Notes under the pieces: model-generated
What the model was told of the DNA's origin: nothing
What the model saw: the letters and a program-made list of their open reading frames with translations, nothing else
Database searches by the model: none
Program-made: the position numbers and the translations under genes
In this document: piece after piece, positions 1 to 64,000 of the stretch
How the letters are laid out: every line of letters starts with the position of its first letter
Position numbering within the stretch: position 1 is the stretch's first letter
Assembly: GCF_009914755.1 (NCBI RefSeq)
Contig: NC_060933.1
Strand: one strand, 5' to 3'
DNA from: the human T2T-CHM13v2.0 reference genome, Homo sapiens
DNA length: 64,000 bases

Positions 1-54
1 AAGAAACAAAAAACAAAAAAAAGAAACTAGAAGAACAAACTGTCAGCAACTTAC

Positions 55-13762
<13,708 letters not shown>

Positions 13763-14979
13763 GACTCCCGCCTGCCTCCAAAACACACCCCGAGATGTTA
13801 GAAACCAAGACCGTGCCGGGATCCCATTCTCCTTCAGACACACCCGCCCATGGGGGATGGCAGGAGCCTGCTCGGCAGTGGGCACTGGGCTCCCCAGAGA
13901 AAGATTAATAGGCCAGGCACAGAATCGGGGAACCCTGGGACAGGAACCTCAGACCCCACAAACTCCTGCTATGTGCTCTGCCAGGAGCCTAAGCCCCAAG
14001 AACATCTCCCGCCTGCTCTGAGGCTGCAACCAGCACAGGCAGGGAGTGGATGAACAAGGACAGGCCCCACTGTCCCGTCTCTGCTCCCACACCAAGCCAC
14101 ATGGAAACTGGCCACCCAGCGTAGAAGGTGTGGGGTGCAGCGGCAAAGTCACTACAGGGCAAGGACACAGCCCGTGACCCACTTTGGCCATCCTGCTCTC
14201 CCATGACACAGAGCCGGACCACAGAGGGCATTTGAGAAACGTTCACAGAGACACACACTGAGACTGCCCAGGTGGCAGGCACTAACAGCATGGTTGGGAA
14301 GGAAGCTCCCAAAGGGAAGGCTGGCTGTTCTCTGTACATCCAGAACAACGCCTGGAACGTGGCAGTGCCTGACACTAACAAATGTTTGTCAAGCTTTTTT
14401 CTTAGGAACTGTGGTCCAGGAAGTCTGAAGGGAGAAGGACGCTAGAGAGAGAGTGGGAGAATGAAACATTAGCAGAGAAAATCTAAAGGAATCACTAGCA
14501 CAGACCCGGGAGCCCAAAACACCCAACAACAAAGAGAAACGCCCTCCCCCGTCCTTGGCGTGGCTCTCCCTGCTGGAGGCTGACTGGGGCCCTGCCCAAC
14601 TGGAACAAAACCAAAGCATCCACCCGCGAGCACCGTTAGCCGCATCAGCAGCCCAGGTCCCCTCACTCCTTCACAAAGCCCCTTGTTTATGCCCGAAATG
14701 CTTGTGAACCTGTAAACTCAGTTAACAGCCGGCCAGAGGCAGAGCTGGCAGCGACCGCAGGCTGGTTCAGCGCCTCCGGGCCGGCGGAGACGCTTTCCTC
14801 TGGAAGCCTCACACGAGGCTGCTGCCTCCCCCTCCCCGTGTCGCTCAGGTGAGCAATGATCAGCAGGAAGGAGGTCAAAGTCACACGTGCTGAGCCACTG
14901 ACATCAGGGGCTGTCCCTCTCCCCGCACCCCTCTCCCAAGGGCTGGTCATGAGGGCTGCCCACCAAGACGGAGCGCAGC

Positions 14980-15800
14980 AGGCGGTCCCTCCAGCCCCAG
15001 CTGCGGGGACGCCACCCAGACTCGGCTGGGCCCAGGGAACCCCAGGATGCGCCAGGACGATGGGCGTTTAGGCACTGGCTTGGGAGACAGACCCGGCCCA
15101 GGCCCAGTTCCGCCTCCTGCTCGCTGCGGGAACTGGGGAAACCCCCTCCGAGGCTCGGCCACCGCGGAATCGCCGGCGCAGTCCCCGAGACGCACGCGGG
15201 CGCCCTGCAGCCGGGGCCGCCCCGCCGGAGCCTCCTCGGAGCCCGCAGCCCGCTCCCAGCCGAGGGGCTCCCAGGGCCAGAATCCCCGCGCGCCCAGGCT
15301 CGGCCGGACGGGGGCCACGCCGGGCCTCAGTTTCCCCGACTTTGGGCGCTGCCCCGCCCCCGTCCCGGGCCTCGGCTATCCGCTCCTCGGGACAGCGCCC
15401 CCTCCACGGGGAGAGCCCTGAAGCTGCCGACGCCACCCGCGCCTCACCTGCTGGGCGCACACCTTACCTGGCCGCGCGGACCCCGCCGTCGCCCGGGCGA
15501 CTGCAGACTCGACGCTTCCGGCGGCTGCAGAACAAGAGCGCCGCGCGCCGGAAGTCCCGCCTCCTGAGGCGCGGGGCACGCCGGGACGGCCGCTGCGGCC
15601 TGCCGGGACTAGAGAGGCGAACGGCTCGATGCTGCCCTCGCGCGGCCGCCCTGGGGGCCGCCTCCGCGCGCTCTGGAGGGGCGCGGGTGGACGCGGGACC
15701 TCAAGGCAGGGGACAGACAGGGACAGGCACCCGGCCACCTGGTCACGATCCGGAAGACCGGCCCTTACTGGCTGTGACCTTCGGCCATCGCTGGACCTCT
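14980..15800. promoter_or_regulatory. CpG island promoter of SNAPC4
   Basis: Very CpG-dense; ETS/GABP sites CCGGAAGT 15548-15555 and CTTCCGG 15515-15521. Confidence 0.85.
15448..15560 (-). other. SNAPC4: SNAPC4 non-coding first exon (5' end approximate)
   Basis: Lies in CpG island; donors CAG|GTAAGG (exon end 15468) and CAG|GTGAGG (15448); exon 2 acceptor at 13771, 9 nt before the ATG. Confidence 0.7.
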
Positions 15801-17272
15801 CTGTGCTTGTTTCATCCTCTGTTAACGGACATGTTGGGGTTTGGTTAAGCAACGGATGAGAAAGTCTACGTGAAAGGCTTTTTCCCCAGCCTGCCCTGCA
15901 TGCTCAGGATCGCCGAGGCCAGGCCGATCTCCAGGCACGTGCAGGAGACTGAGGCCAGAGGGTGGGGGCCCGCACCACACAAACTCGCTTCCCTGGTCAC
16001 CTGTGCACACCCTCTGGGGTCTCCTGGCCTGGAGAGCTGCCCCGGGGCCCTCCCCTAAGTGGGCATTCATTCCTTCAGGAACGTGCCAGGGCTAACTCGG
16101 CCGGGAGCTGGGCAGGGGCCTACAGTTCCTGGCTCCTGAGAGCTTCTAAGTATCGGTGCTGCAGAGACATCCTGGGCCCAGCCAGTTGAGGGGGCCTCCA
16201 CTCCAGCCTGGGGTGAGCTAGGGGCATCAGCTGGAGAACTATAAAGAGGGTTTGCCCTGCCTACCTAGGAGGTGGGCTTTTGGTGGCAAAGGGCTAGGCC
16301 CAGGTGAGGCCAAACTGGGAGCTAGGGATTGGCAAGAAACAGATGGAGGGGATGGAACCAGGCGGCTGGGGGCTCCTCGAGCGCCTCGTTTCAGTCCCTG
16401 CATCGGGCTTGAAATCTGGAGGCAGAAGGCAGGCACTAAATACCGCGCCACAAATTGTATTTTTAAACTTCTTACTATCAAACGCTTCAAACACAGACAT
16501 CAAAAGAGAGGGGTGCGCAAAACCCACATGCCCATCCCCACCGCGCTTCCCTGGGCCCCACCTGCTCCATGAGCTGCTGGCATGAGGGCCAGGGGACCAC
16601 CCCACTTCACACGCATCTGGTGGATGGGACCCGCCTGGCGATCTGGCCTTTGTGACCCCCACCCCATCAAATGCTGTCTCTCCCAAAGGGCCTCAGGGAA
16701 GGCCTGTGGCCTGAGGCATCCTCCCCAGATGCCCCCATCCTGCTGCTACAGGGCTCCCAGAGCTGCCTATACACTCAGAACCTCATTCCGGCACTTCCCA
16801 ACCACAGCACCCTGTCTCAAGTCAGCTCTGCCAACAGAATCCAGAGCCTGCTTTCACCAACCAGCAGGAGCAGGAGGCGCATAGGGCTACGCAGCAGGAC
16901 CGCTCCACAGTGACTGCTGGAAAGCTCTGGCCTTCACCTGTAGCTAAGGCTAGGGGTCTAGCAATTCAGACGCCTTGTTTGAAAAATTCAACCACATGAT
17001 CCGAAAAGATGATCCAATGCTAGAATCCAGTCTGTCCAGCTCTGAAACGTGCAGCTGCGTGACTCACACGTCCATCACGTGTGGGTCCCAGTGGTCAGGC
17101 CCAGGCAGCAGTGGTCTGAGTCTGCCCCTAACCCCAAGGGCTGAGGACCTGGAGAGAATCTGCCAGCACAAGGCACCAGTTAGGGCAAGAGCAAGTGAGG
17201 TGTGGAAGCCCACGGCGTTCTCCAAGGACTGGCTAAGTCAGCAGAGAAGAGACAGTGCGGTGAACTACAGAA

Positions 17273-17278
17273 TTTATT
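17273..17278 (-). terminator. ENTR1 polyadenylation signal AATAAA
   Basis: TTTATT on + strand about 850 nt past the ENTR1 stop, after an AT-rich 3'UTR. Confidence 0.8.
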
Positions 17279-18121
17279 AAATAAGAAAGCTATCAATTGG
17301 AACAGGAGGAAAAAAAAGTTTTAAAAAAAATCTATAGGAAAATAGTCAAAAAAGCATTTAGTGCTCATCGCCGTCCCTCTGAGGGGGGCCGTCAGAAAGG
17401 CAACTGGGACCTGACAGACCCGGGCACATACTTGAAATTCCTGAATTCTAACCTGCATTGTACAAAATGCCACTTGAAACGTCCACCAGAACCCCCAGCC
17501 AAAGAGGCACATCTGGACAGCTTCACAGCACGGAACGTGTGACCTTGGTCCCCGTGGGTCCCGGAGGAGGACAGCAGCAGCCACGCGGTGGCCCCTGCGC
17601 ACTCAGGCCATGACTGCAGGGACCACCCACTGGGGCCACAAGAGTGACCCGGGAGCCAGAGGGAGCCCTGAGCATCGGCGGAAGGCACAGGTCCCTGCCC
17701 GGGGTGGCCATCTCAGAGGCACATTTAGTGTTTGTTCTACTTATGAAATCAAGGACAACCAATTGTACTTATCTTACAACTGATGTTCTGGGATGGGACT
17801 GGAAAACACTGATTCCAGAACCACTCTTTTTCTTAAAATCACTGGCTTTTATGACAATGTCTTCCAAGAGCTCATTAGAATCTATAAGATCGCAGGAATT
17901 TCGCCAAGAAGGGCTGCATAGAAACCACAGAGACAACTCGGCCAGGGCTGCTCCCATTGTGGTGGCCAAGAACTGGCTGAGGGCACGACACTGGACTCTT
18001 GCGATCAACACTTTACTCTGGGTGAAGACTGCATATTTAAGGACACAACTGCACATTTAGATCGAGCGGTGGTGACCTCAGGGTATACACGGAGCTTCAT
18101 GCTGAGAACACCCAGGGGTCC

Positions 18122-38605
<20,484 letters not shown>

Positions 38606-39078
38606 AACCGCTCCCCGGCCTGACAGACCCAGGGAGCTGCAGCTGGAGCCCGTTCCCGTGCGTGTTAGTTTGGACACGAATTTAGTCTAAAAAGCTGTCT
38701 GGTTGTATAAATGGTGCAAACAATGTCGCCACAGCACCCACGCGGTTTGCATTCTTTTGGAACTCAATGTGCCGATCAGTGGAGTCAGTATCGAGCCTGA
38801 CCACCGCAAGCCAGGAAGCAGGTGAAGTGCCCAGCGCTGGAGTGCAGCGTGCCACGAGGAGGGCGGTCGGTGCTTCCCTCCTCGGGCTGTGGGCACATGG
38901 GGCCCCGCAGGTTCCTTGGAGGAGCCCTGAGCTGGGAGGCAGCAAAGGCTGACCTATCAGAGCCTCCCGGAGGCCACCGTGCTGGGTACCAGGACTCACC
39001 TCTGACAAGCAGGAGAAGGTAAGGGCCCGGTCAGCTCCAAGGAGCGCGCTCCACGCGCGTGCACACAGCTTCCCTGGT

Positions 39079-39084
39079 AATAAA
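39079..39084 (+). terminator. PMPCA polyadenylation signal AATAAA
   Basis: AATAAA about 470 nt after the stop, followed by a GT/T-rich downstream element. Confidence 0.85.
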
Positions 39085-39252
39085 GAGCTGGCATCTTTCT
39101 TAGCACGGTGTTTTCCTTCTCGCCTGGGGAGGGGCGGTTCTTAAGGGCTGTCTGAATTGGCAGCTTTTCTAACATGGAGGCCTTCCTCCCTGTCAGTCGT
39201 CCGGTTTGACCCCGTGTCTTGAAGCCTGTTCTCGTGCGACGTGCTGATGTCA

Positions 39253-43784
<4,532 letters not shown>

Positions 43785-43983
43785 CGAATGTAGGATTTTA
43801 AAGATAGCAGAGATGAACCGGACAAGATCATAGTCAGCTGTTGAGGGTTGAGACCAAACTTTTTGCCTGTGGATTTTACAGCCTTTCAAACAAGGACATT
43901 GTGAGAACGGGATATGCATGTATATTGTTGCTTCCAGGTTTCAGTCTTTGGCCAGAAAGAGATTTTAAGACTCAATATATGCA

Positions 43984-43989
43984 TTTATT
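43984..43989 (-). terminator. INPP5E polyadenylation signal AATAAA
   Basis: TTTATT on + strand about 1 kb beyond the stop, in an AT-rich tail. Confidence 0.8.
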
Positions 43990-44252
43990 TAAAAATATAA
44001 ATATGGAAAAATAATTTAAAAGACTAGATTGAATGTCCCTAGATTTTCACACATTCAAAGACTACATTTTTTCAAGAGATGGAATGGGACACGAAGCAAG
44101 AATGAACGGTTCTATACTCTCGAAGAAAGAAACCCGGGACATGGTGGGGATCCCTGGCCTAGGTGTTCAAGGTGGTGGCATCCTGAACTTCCAGCAGTTC
44201 CCCAGCCCGGTTCCACTAATGTCATTCCGCGGCTGGAGTTAAAGAAGCAAAC

Positions 44253-44323
44253 GGTCTACGTCACCAAGACCATGAGACGGTTTCAAAAATGGTCTACGTC
44301 ACCAAGACCATGAGACGGTTTCA
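44253..44323. repeat. Perfect 33-bp direct repeat (period 38) in INPP5E 3'UTR
   Basis: GGTCTACGTCACCAAGACCATGAGACGGTTTCA at 44253 and 44291. Confidence 0.95.
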
Positions 44324-45018
44324 CACAATAGGCTTGGCCTATGAGAGGAGGGGAAGCAGCTTCTTACTCAGCTGGGGAGGCCCTTATACTGGGGTGCAGG
44401 CCTCCTCGCCCCATGGCAGGCGACTTGCAGCCAAGTGGAGGGGAACCGTGCCACGTCCTGGAGGCTGTGTGGCTTCCTCAGCTGGGCTCTGGGGCCCACT
44501 CAGAGGTCTGAGGCCCCAGGGGTCACCTAGCCCAGATCCAGCCTTGCTCTGGATACCCGTGTGACATGGGGTGGTGTGTGTTTGAGGGGCTGCCAGGAGG
44601 ACACAGATGGACGCCTGCTTCGGGTGTGGAGGGAGAGGCTGGTGCAGAGCACGGGGGTGTTGGGGGGCTCTGTGACTGCCCCCAGGGCACGGGAGCTGCT
44701 CAGGAACGGATTCTGACGTCTGCCCCCGAGAGTGGCTGGGGTCCGTGGTGCTGCTGGGCGGGTCCAAACCCTGCCACCCATGCTGTATGGACCTGCCATG
44801 GAGACGGGGGTCCAAGCCCTGCCCACCCACACCGTGTGGACCTGCCACAGAGGACAGGCTCGCTCAGGGTTGGCTTCCTTCCTGGGACGCTGGCACAGAG
44901 GCACGGTCGCCACAGTCCCTCGGATCCCCGAAAGGCGGCAAACTCTTTGTCCTTCCCAGTGGGTTTTGATCAATACAATCACCCCACGTTGCAGCTGTGA
45001 GTCCTCGTTCAGCAAACT

Positions 45019-55150
<10,132 letters not shown>

Positions 55151-55215
55151 ACTCACTCGCTTCCAGCAAACCAAAGGGAACCACAGGTGAAGGTGCTTGA
55201 AGGAGCGCAAAATAT

Positions 55216-55221
55216 TTTATT
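55216..55221 (-). terminator. SEC16A polyadenylation signal AATAAA
   Basis: TTTATT on + strand at the end of a ~1.6 kb 3'UTR, at the edge of the INPP5E CpG island. Confidence 0.82.
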
Positions 55222-56846
55222 CAACAATTTGCAATGTAACAATTCTCATTTAGGAAAAATAGCCGCTCCCGCCTGGAGGAAGCTTCTTGAATCAAAAGTC
55301 GTGGCAGTCGACCCCAGAACAGCGGGCAGAGCCGACCGGAAGAGGTCCCAGGATTCACACGAGCTGACCGAGGGACAGAGAGGGCTGCCCCGTCACAGGG
55401 ACTGGCCTTTCTCCAAGTGACAAGGACAAATGGATCCAGCGGGACACGCCTGTGGAACATTTTGGAAAACATCCTGGGTGGTCTGGGCTAAATGATCAAG
55501 TGAAACAGAAAGCCAGGAAGGATCTGTGCTAATTCCACATTCTACAATTTCTACACTTAAATTTAAAACACCAAACAGTTTGTATTCCTCCAGCAGAACC
55601 TACAGAAATTATCTACTGATTTTTATTAGTATTTAAATCTTTTCTTCAGTCTCTTTAGACTTGACAAGAATACGAAGAGTTTCAGAACAGTCAGAGAAGC
55701 CTTAAAGCTTTGCATCAGTGAGAGGAGGCCCGTCTCTGAGTTGAACAGGGTTGAGTCCACCAGGAGCTACTCAAAGTCTCAGTGTGGCAAAACTCGGGGC
55801 AGAAATACTAAGTTCCAGAGCTGCTGTCAAGAAACTGTGTTAAGACACTCTCCCCAAGTGCTACCAACCTCTGAACCAACGTCCCCCAGGGGAGAAAGTG
55901 GGTCATGTGGATTGTACCACGAAAAGTGCTCACGGAAAGTGCAGCCTTTTAGAGAAGTGCATCCAGCTTCCTTAACAGTGAGTCTAACCGTGCTCCTACA
56001 CACGAAATGAAGCCCAAATCAAACATCACACGGTCAGTTTTCAACCTGGATGACCACCCTGAGCCATCATGTCAGACAGCCGGCTCTCTGGGGCTCCTTC
56101 CCAGTGACTGGGCCACACGGTGGGCAGTCCCCAGCGCTTTGGGTACACAAAATCACCCATGGTCCTCATCAGGCCACAGAAAGTAAAGTGAGGCTGGAAG
56201 CGTCTTTGCAACAGGAAAGAAATTCACTGCAGTAACTAGGGCCTCTCTCAAAAACCGTGAACTAATGCCGAAGGAACCCCACGGCTCCTCGGAGGCGCTG
56301 ATTGAGAACACAGCGCCCTCCACTCATTCAGCCAGGTTCAAACACGGCGAGGGCCCAGATGGTGCAGAGCAGGGGTTGGGGTCTGCCTCAGTCACCCTCT
56401 CTTTGCTCCCAGCACCTTAAAGGAAGCGCGGGACTCACTGGGCAGTGACTCACAGCTGGGCTTGGAGAGGCCCTGGTTACTACCGACCATGTGGCTCTCC
56501 TGTGGCAGAGACAGCTCCAGCTTCAATGAATGAACATTCTTAAATGACCAGGAATACTATATCCTTAAATCATCCTAAACGACTAAGAAAGTCACATCAT
56601 TCTTTTCGGCAAACAATTCTGAGTCAAAGATTCAGTCTTTCCATCCAGAATCTGAAAGGATGGTGGAATTAATTTTCAAAATAATTCATTACGATGGGCG
56701 GTGAGGAGGGAGGCACAGTGTGCGACCAGCTCTGAGTCACTGCTGTGTCTCCCTGGGGGCGGGACGGAGATCGCGGAGGTCGGTCGGGTTCTTCGGGGAG
56801 AACAGCAGCGTCAGGGCTCCAAGTGCAAGTTCACAGCAGGGCAAGC

Positions 56847-63253
<6,407 letters not shown>

Positions 63254-63276
63254 CTAAATATAAAAAACACGAGAAC

Positions 63277-64000
63277 AACTTTGAAAACATTATGTTCCAT
63301 GAAATAAGCCAGGGCAAAAAGACAAATTCTACATGACCCACTTCTGTGAGGCCCCAGAGTCGCCAGATCCACAGAGACACCAGGAGAATGGAGGTGGGAG
63401 CAGATCCACAGAGACACCAGGAGGATGGAGGTGGGGAGCAGATCCACAGAGACACCAGGAGGATGGAGGTGGGGGGCGATCCACAGAGACACCAGGAGGA
63501 TGGAGGTGGGGGGCGATCCACAGAGACACCAGGAGGATGGAGGTGGGAGCAGATCCACAGAGACACCAGGAGGATGGAGGTGGGGGGCAGATCCACAGAG
63601 ACACCAGGAGGATGGAGGTGGGAGCAGATCCACAGAGACGCCAGGAGGATGGAGGTGGGGAGCAGATCCATAGAGACACCAGGATGGAGGTGGGGAGCAG
63701 ATCCAGACACACCAGGAGGATGGAGGTGGGGAGCAGATCCACAGAGACACCAGGAGGATGGAGGTGGGGAGCAGATCCAGAGACACCAGGAGAATGGAGG
63801 TCGGGGGCAGATCCACAGAGACACCAGGAGGATGGAGGTGGGGGGCAGATCCACAGAGACACCAGGAGGATGGAGGTGGGGAGCAGATCCACAGAGACAC
63901 CAGGAGGATGGAGGTGGGAAGCAGATCCAGAGACACCAGGAGGATGGAGGTGGGAGGGAACCGGGAGTTGTTTCGTTTCAAGGAGACAGAGTTTCTGTTT
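63277..64000 (+). mobile_element. L1M 3'-end fragment hosting a VNTR
   Basis: TTGAAAACATTATG..GAAATAAGCCAG..AAAAGACAAAT before the repeat and GGGAGTTGTTT..ACAGAGTTTCTGTT after it. Confidence 0.7.
63363..63955. repeat. VNTR ~16 x 35-38 bp (CAGATCCACAGAGACACCAGGAGGATGGAGGTGGGG)
   Basis: Periodicity seen directly. Confidence 0.95.

Overview
Human (primate) genomic DNA from the GC-rich, Alu-dense 9q34.3 cluster. In order: the 5' part of SNAPC4 (minus strand, exons 1-14, runs off the left edge), complete ENTR1/SDCCAG3 (minus, 435 aa), complete PMPCA (plus, 525 aa, head-to-head with ENTR1), complete INPP5E (minus, 644 aa) and the last 9 coding exons plus 3'UTR of SEC16A (minus, enters from the right). 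I placed all exons by hand from GT-AG boundaries, and their phases sum to intact frames. There are three CpG-island promoters, about 30 Alus, L1/L2/MIR/MLT1/MER58 relics and more than 10 minisatellites. Most ORF-track entries are Alu, GC-rich or repeat artefacts. I find no new gene, RNA gene or prokaryote-style system. The most unusual pattern is that many tandem repeats sit on splice junctions and multiply splice signals: 10 copies of the INPP5E exon 7 donor (5 extra in frame), 7 copies of the PMPCA exon 9 branch point/pyrimidine tract, a duplicated SNAPC4 exon 12 acceptor and about 4 INPP5E branch points. Two of these introns collapse to minimal 69-79 nt introns when the extra units are removed. 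Other leads are uORFs in ENTR1 and INPP5E, an E-box/G4 VNTR, a perfect CLEAR palindrome upstream of INPP5E and a probable non-reference ENTR1 haplotype.
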